Positions 26,244 through 39,172 of a stretch of DNA of 64,000 nt are shown piece by piece. The DNA comes from Anthoceros angustus (lineage: Eukaryota > Plantae > Anthocerotophyta): NCBI GenBank assembly GCA_010909165.1, contig VJWM01000025.1:682001-746000 (forward strand), read 5' to 3'. The position numbers were made by a program, and so were the translations under genes. The notes below the pieces were generated by a model. That model did no database searches. It saw nothing but the letters and a program-made list of their open reading frames with translations, and was not told the DNA's origin. Positions within the stretch are counted from its first letter, which is position 1. Each line of letters opens with the position of its first letter.

Positions 26244-27044
26244 CCACAACGATGGGTCATCCCTCCATCCTATCAATACTCCGGATCGGGAGGAGGAAGT
26301 AAAGTACCCTAGGTGGAAATGACATGCGGAAATGCAAGTGTGGATGGTAGTAAAGACAATGAGGTTGCGGGAGGCTGTAGTCTGGGGTATCCTGACAGCA
26401 GGGGTCACGAGTGGGTTGCAGACTGGTCACACTGCTTGCTCGCTCTTGAGGTCGTTGTTTTGGAATTTAGGAAGATGGAGCCATCCCGTCCCCTTGCTTG
26501 TACTACAGCACTGAGGATGGCTGGCTATTTGACATGTTGCAGATTTAGCCACAGCGCGTGACTGCGTGGCAGTTACAAATCCGCTGTCGTCGTCTGGCTG
26601 TTTGGCATGTTGCAGCTGGTTTCAGCTGGGGACATGTGAGGGCAAACATCTCCTCCTGGTTGATGCTAGCCGCCGACAGGGTGGAAGCAAAGGATTGAAC
26701 TTTTTTCCGGAGTCTGGACCAATCCTGGTGTTGGCACCTCTTCCCGGTGCTCTGGATTGCGAATGGAGGAATGGGCAGTGCCTGTTGCTAAAGACAAGCA
26801 GTCGTTTGAGGATTCTGAAGAAGCGGCACTTAAGCATGTAGAGCGGACGGTAACCCAGAAGCGCTGAGGGCATAGACGAGTGACAGGATAGAGAGCAGAC
26901 GATGTTGTTTATGCTCGTGTCCGGACAACGGGGATTGTGCACTCTGCAGACGTACCCCGAAAAGAAGGCTGCCTGTCTAGAAAATGCCAGATGTCGGTGG
27001 GCAACGGAATGCGCAAAGGCTCTGAAAACATCTGTTTGCTGTTG

Positions 27045-28085
27045 TTAAGCATCTCCGCCTTTTGGGCTGTAAAACTCCACATCCCGGAAGTAAGCAGGGG
27101 GAACAACACCGTTGAACCCTTCTGTGAGAATGACGCCGTTGTCGGAAGTAAAAAGTTTCATCCCATCCTTCAGAGCTTTCTCGACATTCAGATGAATCAA
27201 AACTTGAGAGGATTGTCGCATTCCGCTGATAACTCCGTCTTCCTTTGGCAAGCCTGTGGCAAAGTGAACATGCAAGCGCCTCATTCTTTTCAGCCCCTCC
27301 TTCTTTATTCGATCTAAGTGTGCTCGGTACGTTCCATGGACACACACTGGAACATCTTGAGCAGACAGTACTGGCGCCAGCAGGTCCTCTGTCTTTACCG
27401 CCGTAATCGAATGACCTTGATTAGCCCTAACAAGGAGCTTTCCATTTTCATCCAGCAGGCTAAATCTCTGTTTCGTATCGGAAGCAACGGCCTCTCGGAC
27501 CTCCTCGATGGTGTGTGAGCTCAAGGGCACGCCTGCTGATGTCTTCACCTTCAGCTTCAACAGCTCAGCTACGTCTACGTAGCCATCACTTCTGATATGG
27601 AGATGAAAATCTGGAGCCCGGTGCCGTAAAATTGCAGTCATCTGCCTCCCAAGAGCATCAATGCGGCGACCTCTAGATTCTGCACCGCCGCCCCGTCCTA
27701 CTCCGAATCCTGCTCCTGGCCCTCCTAATCCTCGTCCTCTTCCACGCGTAGCCTGCGGCCGAGAACTTTGGGACGTCTCATCCGAATTCTGTGTTCTCTC
27801 CCTGTCGACACCGGCGCCAGAAGCCGCTTGGACAGAATCAGCTGGAGCGGCAACGATTCTCTCCAAGCCACCGTCTTTGTCAGCTGCTGCATGGTCTGGA
27901 CAAGGCGCCTCACTCGTACACGCCGCCTCCAAAGGCTTCCTTACTTGGCCTGCCTTCTTTTTCTCCTGCCGCTCCTGTTGCTCCTTCTGCTTCCTTTGCT
28001 CCTCCTCCTCCTTCTGCTGCTTCTGCTCCCATGGTTGCAGTGATTCCAGCGCAGAGTCTTGCTTAGGGTTCTTGCGGCGAGGCAT
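27045..28085 (-). CDS. TRPT1: tRNA 2'-phosphotransferase (Tpt1/KptA), single exon, with charged and RG-rich N-terminal extension
   Basis: AILRH, DGYV, KQRF, VRANQGHS, CVHGT, RLHVHF, ISGMR, SDNGVILT motifs in an intact 346-aa ORF. Confidence 0.95.
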   Translation of the reverse strand: MPRRKNPKQDSALESLQPWEQKQQKEEEEQRKQKEQQERQEKKKAGQVRKPLEAACTSEAPCPDHAAADKDGGLERIVAAPADSVQAASGAGVDRERTQNSDETSQSSRPQATRGRGRGLGGPGAGFGVGRGGGAESRGRRIDALGRQMTAILRHRAPDFHLHIRSDGYVDVAELLKLKVKTSAGVPLSSHTIEEVREAVASDTKQRFSLLDENGKLLVRANQGHSITAVKTEDLLAPVLSAQDVPVCVHGTYRAHLDRIKKEGLKRMRRLHVHFATGLPKEDGVISGMRQSSQVLIHLNVEKALKDGMKLFTSDNGVILTEGFNGVVPPAYFRDVEFYSPKGGDA

Positions 28086-28773
28086 GGTAAAATCGTGTGA
28101 AGCGCCGCGGCTTACGCGCCCGGATGCGATTTCCTGTCCTGCCGGCTATGACAGGTTCCGCGTGCCAACCCAACCTGAGGGGCTGCAATAATCGATGGGG
28201 CAGCCTCACAGATGAATCAGCCAGAAGCTACGAATCGTCCTCGAAGGGTCCCAGTATGTACACAGTACCTTCGCAATTCGATCCGAGCATGGACATGGAA
28301 CTGAACGAAGAGAGAATCAGACGCATAAATCTATTGAGGCCTACCTACACAAGGAGACGGGCATTTATAGAGGTAGGTTTTTATGTCGAGATCCGTGTTT
28401 CCTCGACCTTCGGAGTGTTTAATAAATAAACTTTAATCACTGGTATATGTTGTTTGAAAAAAACTAGTTTTTAATGTTTAATCCAGAGAAGAAGAAAGCT
28501 CGTCTTTACTCTATGAGTAGGAAGCATAATGGAAGTATCCCAAGGAGATCATACAAAATTATTCAGATTCATCCAAATTTTGCAACCAAATGTAGCTATA
28601 TCAAGCTCCATCTCCATATTTCCTTTTTAAGAGAAGAGTTGCATATTTTAATGGTCTCCTTTTCTAACGAATCAATCCAGTATTTACATGTTTTGCTTAT
28701 TAATGAATCTATATTTTTTCTATTCTATAGAATTTATATGTTTCTTTTTAGTGAATCAACAGGCTAATCATAC

Positions 28774-28869
28774 GGGATTGATTGAGTATTTACATTCCAC
28801 GTAGCTTAGAGAATGGGTGGTGGGATTGATTGAGTATTTACATTCCACGTAGCTTAGAGAATGGGTGGT
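28774..28869. repeat. 48-bp perfect tandem duplication
   Basis: GGGATTGATTGAGTATTTACATTCCACGTAGCTTAGAGAATGGGTGGT x2. Confidence 0.95.
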
Positions 28870-29669
28870 CCTTCATAACCTTCCGACAGGAACCTTTTTC
28901 TGCCCTTACAACAGCAGCCCTTTTGACAGGGAGTCAACAGAGTACACATATAAGGTGGGTCTTAAGGGCTTCAGAACAGGGAGGCCAAGAGTAAATGAGG
29001 GTGGGTGGTACCCCATCTCATTATCGGTGGACCGTGAGGTTGATTAGTCACAAAGTTTAGGCTACTTTGTCATTCACGAAGGGAGGGCTCCCATGTTTCC
29101 TTAATCTTTGGAGTGTTTAATGTATGAGTAGGAACTCTAATGAGGAAAAAAAATGGTTTTTGCACAAGAGAAAATAACTACTTTCTTGTTAATTCAACCC
29201 CAACCACATCTCAAGAGTCCATACACTAGAGTATAGGATGATGGGGAGTAGCACTAAGCACTAGCTTGGGACGTTAGAATAACCACTTCTATTAACAAGG
29301 TGCAAGATGCTCTTTGAGTATTTGTTATTGATGGTAAAACTAAACTCAACCTCAATCCTCCTAACAATTATCATTTACGTTTTTTTATAAATTTCTTTAA
29401 AAACTTGTAAGTAGAAGAATATGATAATATAGTTTAAACCAAACTCATTTAAATAATATTAAATATATTCTATTTTAATTTTAAATAATTAAGTTCATAT
29501 TTATTATCATCAAGATTATCCAAGACCTTACACTATGCATATAATTTTCCTACACAGCGATTGATTTACTGAACTTAGTATCTAGGTGATACTTACACTG
29601 AACTTTGTAGGTACTAATAATTTATTTCGAACATTGTGGCTGGCTCAAGAGACTTGTGGAGTGTTTTAG

Positions 29670-30080
29670 AACAAGATTTTATTGAGGTGAAAAAACGATG
29701 GGAAAAGCCCATCTAGGAGGGGACAACCAAAGGGGACCAGGGGTCGAGGTGAAGAGGAGCAAATAAGCTCCCTACCTAAAGTCACCTACTGCACCCACAA
29801 TGTCATATGCAGGAAGAATAAACGGCCTGCAAACCACGGAGGTAGAGGAAGATGCGTCACCTACTGTCGCCGCCTTGTGGAGGATCGCCGTTGAGAGCGC
29901 TCGTTGAAGGGCAATTGAAACCCGTTGTCGGAAGTATGCTGTGAAGTACGAGAGGGATGAGCCGTGTCTACGTGCATGGTAAGCTTTGGCACATGACTTG
30001 ACAAATTTGTCAAAGTCCTCAGCCATTGCCCCATACGTTTCTAGTGCAAGCGGAATAAAGAGTGTTTTAGGCCACTCTAA
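29670..30080 (-). mobile_element. 5'-truncated non-LTR retrotransposon, RLE (CRE-like) C-terminus plus 3' UTR
   Basis: FIPLALETYGAMAEDFDKFVKSCAKAY...YFRQRVSIALQRA, stop at 29772, pyrimidine-rich UTR with AATAAA. Confidence 0.7.
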
Positions 30081-30224
30081 CTCTTTGAAATCATCAATGC
30101 CATCTCAACATGATCAGAACACCTCCGATTTGCAAAGCATGCATCCAATGAAGCATCTTAAAAGCTACATGTGATGGAGATGAGTAGAAACGATCATTAA
30201 CGACGGCTAGTGGTTCCCTGAACT

Positions 30225-32012
30225 ATGGCCATAGTTTGGCCACGGGACTCAGTGTGGACCCAAAAAATTGGTTTGTGCACAAGGATTCTTCGAGAAGCTC
30301 CTGCAGACCTCACCTCAGGGAATCAACCCTTGCCAAACAACCAAGCCTCCAAGTGCAGCAGCCTAAGGAGCCTAACACCTCCACTTCCCAGAAATTGTGT
30401 GGGTGGGGACGGATTTTCCATCGATGGTCGTCGCTAGGAGTAGGAGCACCGGTGGCAAAAAAAACTTTTGGAACATACCATGTGGTGGGACAACAGGGGA
30501 GATAAGAGTACCTTCCGTTCGCTTGACTTCCGACGTAAGGGGTCTGGGGAGGTCCTGTGGTTTAACAGTGTCCTCAAGCTAGCTTGGGTTGATGAGCAGT
30601 TCATTTCTTTGGGTATACAGATGGGACATGGTGCCTCTTCTTCCGGCTCTGGCGATAGGTCTGAACCTTGTAGATGTGCAGGGTCGGAAATGTTCTTATG
30701 GAAAACGGTTTATGTGGTGGATTCGCCCCGATCACCCAGAGCTACCCAGTGGCCACACTTATCCCACGGTCGTCGAATACGTGGGTTCGATCCCAAGAGA
30801 CTTGTTTGGATGCGCTTATCCCTGAGGGGTCGATTCTCACTCTCTCTACAATTTCTTCCTTGTCACAAACTGCCTCACCGAATACGGGTTTTAGGTCTAC
30901 TAGCCCACGGCCCCAAATTGAGCCTTCCAGGTTCCTCTGACGTCTAAGACCACAGAAAAACACTACAACGACAATAACCCAATAACTCAATCTCATACCT
31001 CCTTCCACAACCATCTACTAGATCTATTCTCAACAACCTCTCAAGTCGCTCTTACAGCACCAACGCCTAGAGTGACCGAAATCGACGGATTTTCACTTGG
31101 GCCGGCAGCCCTGAGATTGCCTATCCGCCGCGATGACCGCCACATGGCGCCATCAACGGTGCCAACATTCAAAACCTGGCTTACTATATCTAACCCCCTC
31201 TTAGATGCATATATAGTCCCCCTGCATGCGCGTGATTTTCGAGGACCAAGGAAGTTGCCTTCCTTGCTCTTCGAAATAATCGCTCCAACTTTTCCTACCC
31301 GAAGGCCAAGGGTCACCTACCCCATCCTCCGAAAATCAAGATACTTTTTCCTACCACGACCTACCAAAGACCAAGGACTTTTTGCCTATAAAACTAAGGA
31401 CCGCTGTTAGCCTACGAGTTTGAAGAGTTAGTACCCCGTTGGAAAAATTCTAAGTCCCATTCCGAGTCTACTACCGACTTACCGACATCCTATCAACCGG
31501 CTACAACGACTCGAGTCGCGCTCCTGCTACACTAGTTAGAAACCTCCTATCTATGGGACTTCCCTACCTCCTACCTAAATGACCAAACTTTTTCACTCCA
31601 TAGTTTACCATGGGGATAGCGCCACGTGTCCGAGAACTCCGAGCGTTACAACAAGTTCCGGCCATGGCGTGCTCACAGTCATGTGTAACTGGAACAGAAA
31701 ATCATTGCGCATATAAGAGGACGCACTCGAGTGGTCAAGTGGTGTGTTGTGTGGTCAAAAAAAATCCCAAGGAGTGGATATATAGGGTCAGGATACGGAG
31801 ATTCCTTGGCCTTTGGGATTGTGTTGAAAGGCCTTGGCCTTCGGAATGAGGTTGTCCTTGGGTCTCGGTGGCTTTTTAGAATTTAGAGTAACTAGGGTTA
31901 AAATTGAAGGGTAAAGGGTTCAAACCCCATGGTTTCCTTGGACTTGCGACGTAAGAAGCTGTAATCGTGAGCACGTTGTGGCAGCAGGGGAAGCTTAGAG
32001 AGGCCGTTGGGG
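30225..32012 (+). pseudogene. Truncated paralog of the 5' end of the PDF-PPR gene, split by a ~1.25-kb insertion (~30691-31945)
   Basis: 30225-30690 aligns with 14140-14600 (MAIVW.., MWWDNRGDKSTFRSLDFRRKGSGEVLWFNSVLKLAWVDE); homology resumes at ~31946-32012 (VSTLWQQGKLREAVG). Confidence 0.85.
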
Positions 32013-32816
32013 GCAAAAGAGAAAGAGATGGAGAGTGGCCGCTAAGTTGGGAAGTAATTCCCCCAACTGTCAGCACCATTGATGCCTGCCACATGGCACG
32101 ATCTACTCCATTGAACTCTCTAAGTAGCTCTCCTGCCAACTATACCTAAGGCTCCTACTCTACTGCTACTTAAACTATGGGTTCTAAATCAATTACTAAT
32201 TTCCTACGTATATACACAAATATAGCCTAGAAGAATTCTAGAAATGGCCCCCTACACGCTTAGAGCAGCCACCTACGTCGGTAGGTCCCCTACCTATAAT
32301 CTAAGGGGCAGGTACTTACCCTACCTGCTAAACTATCTATTCTTTATAAACTTCCAAATTACCCTTGTCCCTAACTTTCCTGGATGACTCTAAAAGACAC
32401 ACTCGTTACTACCCACCGCTCATTTTGAATTAAGATTGAACCAAAATGAACCAAACTGGATCAAAATGACAAAGGGACCCAAACTTTTGCATTCCACATA
32501 TAGCCACATGCCAGGAGCCTATGTTCAAATGACTTGTCTAGGCCATCCGGCCATCCTCCAGGCGTTGGAACTAGCATGCTCTTTGTGCATTTATATTGAA
32601 GCATTGTTTCCGTATAGAAACTTCCAACACTGAAGAACGGATGACTGCTGTCATTGCTTCTCTTTAAGAAAACCTGTCGAGCAGATTTCCATACTACGAA
32701 TTGTACTAACCTGTTCCTGCTGTGCTAACCACAGGATGCCCCTGGTATAGATATGCAAGCGCCTCCTTGTCTGATGTGCATCTACATGACCATCCCTGTG
32801 CTTCCACCCCTCTACA

Positions 32817-33030
32817 CTCGCCATAGGTGTTTTTGACAGAATGTCGCCATAGGTGTTTTTGACAGAATCTCGCCATAGGTGTTTTTGACATAATCTCGCC
32901 ATAGGTGTTTTTGACAGAATCTCGCCATAGGTGTTTTTGACAGAATCTCGCCATAGGTGTTTTTGACAGAATCTCGCCATAGGTGTTTTTACTGAAGACA
33001 GAATTTCACCATATGTGTTTTTGACAAAAT
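32817..33030. repeat. Minisatellite, 26-bp unit CTCGCCATAGGTGTTTTTGACAGAAT, ~7 copies plus degenerate
   Basis: Head-to-tail near-identical copies with no spacers. Confidence 0.95.
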
Positions 33031-33094
33031 CAGGTGATGACATAAAAGATGTATGTGTAAATCAGCAGGCGTGTATTAACATCGCATGTTGATG

Positions 33095-34232
33095 CATGTG
33101 TAGACATGCGTATACTCCTTAAGTCAAGAGCATACTTCAATTCTGATTTGGAATCATGACGCTATACCTTTCTCTTCTTCTTGTGTAGACATGCGTGTAC
33201 TCCTTAAGTCAAGATGTGTGTCCAAATGGCTTAGCCTAAATGGACACACATTTATAAGAACGTGATTATTAAGCATCCTGCGCTTGGATCAGTACTTAGA
33301 TGGGGTGCCTAAAGGGAATGGATGCCCTTGGTGCAAGTAGGTTAGACATACCATGGTACAAGGGGTGCCTAAAGGGAATGGATGCCCTTGGTGCAAGTAG
33401 CTTAGGCATACCATGGTACAAGTTGTTAAGTACCAAGTCCCATGACGGAAATCCGTCCTTAGTGGATTTAAATAAAATTCTTCTTCTTCTTCTTCTTCTT
33501 CAAGCGCATACTTCAATTCTGATTTGGAATCATGACGCTATACCTTCCTCTTCTTGTGTAGACATGCGTATACTCCTTAAGTCAAGACTTTCCTCTTAGA
33601 TGGGGTGTCTAAAGGGAACGGATGCCTTTGGTGCAATAGCTTAGGCATACCATGGTACAAGTTGTTAAGTGCCAAGTCCCATGATGGAAATCCGTCCTTA
33701 GTGGACTTAAATAAAACTCTTCTTCTTCTTCTTCAAGAGCATACTTCAATTCTGATTTGGAATCATGATGCTATACCTTCTTCTTCTTGTGTAGACATGC
33801 GTATACTCCTTACTCCTTAAGTCAGAGCATACTTCAATTCTGATTTGGAATCCTGACGCTATACCTTCCTCTTCTTTTATCTCTCGGAGAAAGTGACGCT
33901 TACATAAGTACTTCTATTTTCGAATAATGATTCCTATACCTTTATACTCCTTACTCCTTAAGTCAGAGCATACTTCAATTCTGATTTGGAATCCTGACGC
34001 TATACCTTCCTCTTCTTTTATCTCTCGGAGAAAGTGACACTTACATAAGTGCTTCTATTTTCGAATAATGATTCCTATACCTTCATCTTATTTTATCTCT
34101 CTGGATAAAGTAACGCTTATATTGATAATTCTGTTTTCGACTCATAATTAGTATACCTTCTTATTCTTTTATCTCTCCGGGGAAAGTGACGCATATATAG
34201 GTACTTCTGTTTTCGGATCACGATTTCTATAC
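33095..34232. repeat. Complex tandem region: recurring GCATACTTCAATTCTGATTTGGAATC.. units interleaved with two copies of the (TTC)n-tailed repeat (33241-33501, 33595-33733)
   Basis: Direct sequence comparison; first element copy has an internal ~62-bp duplication. Confidence 0.85.
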
Positions 34233-34664
34233 CTACATATAAATGGTCAGGAACAAGCTGTATATTAGGCGTGTTCGTGTTACGTGTTTGGGACATTATC
34301 CCAAGACCTTAAAAGAGTGGAATAGAATTATAGGTAACCTAAAACATTGGCAAGCAGTTACAGCATAGCAGGAGCTGGTTGTGCGGATGCTGCGTACATC
34401 TCGTCTCCTCCCAGCGGTGAGAGCTGGTGGGTGTTGAGTGCCTCCCCCCTTTCCTCCTCTCCTTCCCGATGGATGCAGCCACCGCTGGTTGCGTGCGCGT
34501 GGTAGCCGTATACTGGAGTCCGCGGTGGGAGCTGCTGTCGCGCAGGTGCTCGGGGCCATCGCACCACTGATTCTCATCTTCTTGTCCATTCCATCCTCCT
34601 CCGCTCTCTCGACCACCCGGGGGACCGCTGCCGGCCCTTCTTTCCCCGCTTCCTTCCTTCGGCC

Positions 34665-37600
34665 ATGGCGCACACGCGGGATCTTTACAAAACCAAGCTC
34701 TGCACGCTATATCAGAAGGGGAATTGCCCGCGCCAAAGCTGCTCGTTCGCACACGGAGACGCGGAGCTTCGCAAGTTTCACGGTGGCAGTGCCAGCGCCG
34801 TCTACGGTAAGTCCTCATTCTTGACCCTACTACTCACTCTGTCCCTCCAAGTCGATGTTGCTCTGTAGGTAGCCTTGAACCGAAGACGTTGAGCTGGAGT
34901 AAGACGAAGCCAGCCTGGCAGCCGCGATCGCCTTGTGTAGCTGCTCTCTCTGCTTCCTGCTGCTTGTACCAGGGCTTTGGACTAGGTCAGGAAGGCCGTG
35001 CATGATGCCATTGCCTTGCCGGGTGGAGCAGAGCTTGGAGATTAGGTTCTCCGGGACTGCTGCATTCGCAAGCCCCGCTCTTCTGCTCTCCTTGCCGCTG
35101 GACTGGTCTCATGTTAGCTCCCAGTCCGTGTTTGTGTGTGGTGTCGGCCAGCAGGCTGGCATCCTGCTTGGCAGATTGCTGTCGTAGAGGCGTCCCAGTA
35201 CCGCCAGGTTACACCATTCAAGAATGAACTCCTATTCAAGGGGGATAGAGTGCGTCATCATTTAGGAGCCAGCCTTAGTAGTCGTAAAGACTTCCCTGCC
35301 TGTCCATCTCCATGGGACGCACTGTGCCAAGTGTGACTGTCACAATTCCTTTAACCTACCTTGTGCAAGCATGGAATGGTAGGTGTTCTGTGGCTCGCCA
35401 GTTTCCACCTCCGGTCAGATGAGGCTGTCGTAATGTGCCCATTGCTGAACTCTCATCCCTGTTTCTACTGTTCAGTGTGCTGCGACTTTGATGTCTGTAC
35501 TTCATACATGCTTATGTATCTGGTGTGTCACGTTGGCGGTATTGAACGAGTTTCACTTGCCTTATTTGAGATTCAACCACCGAAGATCTTCAGTCCGCTT
35601 TTATATGCGGGTAGGACGTTTCTTGTTGGGATCTTATTTCTTGAAGACATTCTTGGAGATGTTGCAGATATGGTGCTGGATAAACCCTTATTCCATGGAG
35701 TGGAAGGCAGCGGTCATAGACAGTCCCTCTTGATTATACTCTTCATCCGTCCTGTATGTTGTATTTGTAACCCCAGAAGCACGCTATGTTCCGATTTTGA
35801 ATCATTATGTGTGAGGATTATCGTCAGTATGTAAACGCTTATTCTCCAGTATTTAAGGCATATCGTCAGTGGTAATGGCACCCCTGTGGTGGTTAACACC
35901 ATTATTATTGAAGATTAAAGGGTGTATTAACCCGAGACTTTGGCCTGTTTAAAAAAAAAAGCTTGGAGTCATGGTTATTGGCCATTATTAAGTTGCTCGT
36001 TTCGCAACTGAGGGTAAGCTGATCTGTTTTATCCAGTTTTATGGCCTGTGGCATGCAGCGTAAATTTCCACAAATGTGAAAACTGCTTGCCCATTGAGCC
36101 TGATGCGTGTTGATGATCATTAGGGAGACATGACGGCTACAGAAATGCAGATCTTCGGGAGCGATTGGAACGCAGGCGCACACCACCTACTAGGAGGCGT
36201 TCCCCAGGTAGAGATGGGAGAGGCCATCCTCATGGCGAGAAAAGAGCATCTCGGGACCGAGGTATCATTCAGGCAGTTCTCTTGGTACCCTTGTAGCATT
36301 GCTCAGAAACGTGTTGTATAGCCCAGAGTCATGTACGATGGTATCAGCATTTGGTCTCTTTAAATTTGCTTTGGAATAATATGGGGATCTCCCTCTGTCA
36401 CCTCAGGAAGGAGTCGGTCAAGGTCTCCGGTGAGGCGGAGGCCAAGTTCTCGATCACTTTCTGCTCAGAGATCTCCGTCTCATAGGAGGTAAAGTGGGCC
36501 CCCTAGGCATCATAAGTTGTGCTTGCAGTATTGAAGCTGAGGTGTATAGGTGGTTTTTTCACTTACTATCTATCAACTTTGACCATGACATTTTGTTGCG
36601 TCTTTTGCTTGGTTCACTGTGGTTCTCAATCATGGCATGCACAAACTTATCTGGTGCCTTTCATTGAAATGTAGTGACAAGAGAGAGACCAAGAGGCTAA
36701 GGACTGAGGCGTCCGACGCACATTTCAGTGATGTGTCTGGAGAAGTTGGAGGGGATGAGGGCGACCTTGAGGACAGTGTTGCAAAATCCAAGCGGTCCCT
36801 GTCACCCCACCCCCGAGATAGGGGACTTGAAGAACAGGTTTCATGGACTTCCAATCTGCCCGTCTTTACCTCTTACAGACAAAGTTTCACAGCTTCTCAT
36901 TTGATTATGGGGAATCTTGCAGATTCGAGTAGTTCAAGCAGATATGAAGACACTGACTGAGCAGAAAAATGCGCTGGAGGTAAGTCTGTGTGCTCTCTTC
37001 AGGGGCAAAGTATCTGCTGATAGTTGCTTTTTCCTCCTACAAGGAACTTGCAGAATCAGCTGGTTCTCAATCTCCTTGTTCCCTTGCAGCACACTCTTCA
37101 AAATAAGGACTTAGAATCGACCCGACTTGCTGCAAGGAACATGGAACTAGAGTCCTCACTTTCCACCTTGCAAGAAGAACATAAAAGGTGCACATTGAAC
37201 TACTAAGATCAGATGCATTCCTCATGTGATGGTCTGCCAGTTGTTAAGTGACCCAGGTGACGCTGTCATGAACAACATGGAGTGTGTGAGGCAGGTTATT
37301 GCATCCAGTAAGTTTTTCTTCTGTGCATAAGAGAGCTCAGTTTGTCCTGATTGATGACTGCAGGTTGAACTCAAAGATGAAAAGGTTTCTGAGGGTCTAC
37401 TCAAGATATTCCCGTGCACAGGAGGATGTGAGGAAGTATGTCCGAAGCTCTGCACTCTTTTTACATTGCAATTTGTTATGTTACCGGATGTTCACAATAA
37501 TGCTGGTTTTCAAAGAGTGATTTGACCCACTGTTTTGTTTGCAATGCAGGACACAAGCTAAGCTACAAAGGCTTGCGGATGAGTTGCCATTGGATGAGGA

Positions 37601-39172
37601 GAAGATGTTGACCTTCCATGGTGAAGACTCCGATGTGAATTTTGCTAGTGACGGTGAAGCAGATAGGCCATCCAAGTATACCAACCATGTTGCTCCTGAC
37701 TTTGATGGACAGCCATCCTCAGCAGTTGCGCTGGTCAACGGCGGAACTGAACTCCAAGCTGGCGTGTCAAAGGATGGTAAGCTTGCCCTCAGCACCTGAG
37801 CTGTGTATACACCTGAATTATGTTGACCATTTTGGAGTGTATATTGTACACTTTCGGTTCGACAGTAACGGTTGAGATGTTTCACTTTTGATTGAATGGA
37901 ACAGTTTTAACTGTCATTCCTTCCGTTGGAAAAGAGAGTCAAGGTGACAGTGATATCCACCTCTTACCTCGTGATGGGAATACAAAGAAGCCGTCTGCAC
38001 TTCGTGAGAAAAGTAGAGCCGCTAAAATTAATCGATCTTGCCTGGAACAAAATGGAATCAACTTGAAGGGTGAGGATGCAGATGAAGGTGACTGGAAAAG
38101 GCAGCCTCTTGTGAAATTGGGTTTTTCTGATGAGAGGTCACCTGCTGTCGAACTTGCTGTAATGAGAGGACGGCAGTCTGGAACAGAGACTTCACCATCA
38201 TCAAAAAATCTCCCTACTGATAAGGTTAGGGAATCAGCCGTATGGTGCATGTCAGTTGATTGTGCACGCAGCTTGTTAGTCCATGTTTTGAATCTGTCCT
38301 GCCCCTTCTCGATGACAGGTCTCTGTCAAGAGAGATTTTCGATCTGAACTTTTCACTACTTTTGGTTATGTGATCAGGTCAGGGGGCGTGATTCAAGTTT
38401 CTCTTTACCCTCTACGGGGCTTGCAGCACATGCTCAAGATCACCCACTTGACCTTAAGGATGATTCCGCCCAGGGGCAAGGGGACTATTCTTTCCATGAG
38501 AGGAACAAACTGAATGTAGATCTAACACTAGGTAGCACATCTCAGTTTAATCTTGCCGGCAGGTCGCTGCCCCTCTCAACTGCAGTGGCAAATAGCCACT
38601 ATGTGAAGGTAAAGCCATGCCCTGTAGTAGTCCTTTCAGTACGTCATGGGTGTTGAAAGTGACACTATTTTTCTTTTTCTCGTGGCTTGGAGTGTTATAG
38701 ATGAGATCCTTCCAGCATCCTGTTATTTACATGACGGGGCAAGCCTTGGGACTAACACCTTGGGAACCCAGTGAGGGAGTATCAGATTGTCAGCTTCCGT
38801 TGGGGTTGAACATCTGAGAAAGTGAACCGAGTGGAGTACCTGGTTTGTTGGAGTTGTGTGACGTGATTGATGCATGCCTTTTCCTATATCAGCTTTGCGT
38901 TTTCAGCTCGCTTCCCCGTCAGGATCTGTCAATGACCTGATATCCTACGTTAGTTAGTAGTCGGCTGGTACGACAAACGTCCGCCTATGTTGTTAGATCA
39001 TATAATAAAGTCAAAAGACTGAGTCTTTGCTTGCCTCGTGGTGTGACAGCAGTATAAAGGGGAGGACGAGGAGGTGGATGTGGAGGCTGTGGAAGCTGAT
39101 GGTGATGATCAGGTCTGCACGGATTTGGGAATGGCTGGCGGGGGCGAGGCGGTAGCGGCAACCTCTCAATAG
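34665..39172 (+). CDS. CCCH zinc-finger protein with RS-rich and coiled-coil regions (~11 exons; AtC3H40/OsC3H13-like)
   Basis: LYKTKLCTLYQKGNCPRQSCSFAHGDAELR in exon 1 (34665-34806); exon 2 36124-36261 DLRERLERR..SPGRD; further GT-AG exons encoding RLNSKMKRFL, LPSTGLAAHA, and terminal YKGEDEEVDVE..SQ* (TAG 39170-39172). Confidence 0.9.

Noticed and set aside
30691-31696. Solo LTR (TGTTC...GAACA, GAAA flanks)
   Set aside because: Host homology resumes only at ~31946, so the boundaries do not close; left as an unclassified insertion
32817-33030. CRISPR-like array or repeat-protein ORFs (KNTYGE/QKHLWR)
   Set aside because: Spacerless minisatellite; the ORFs are by-products of the repeat
33241-33501. 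Hammerhead ribozyme/retrozyme or Helitron end for the short repeat
   Set aside because: No CUGANGA...GAAA core seen; conservation extends past the hairpin into a (TTC)n tail, unlike a Helitron CTRR end
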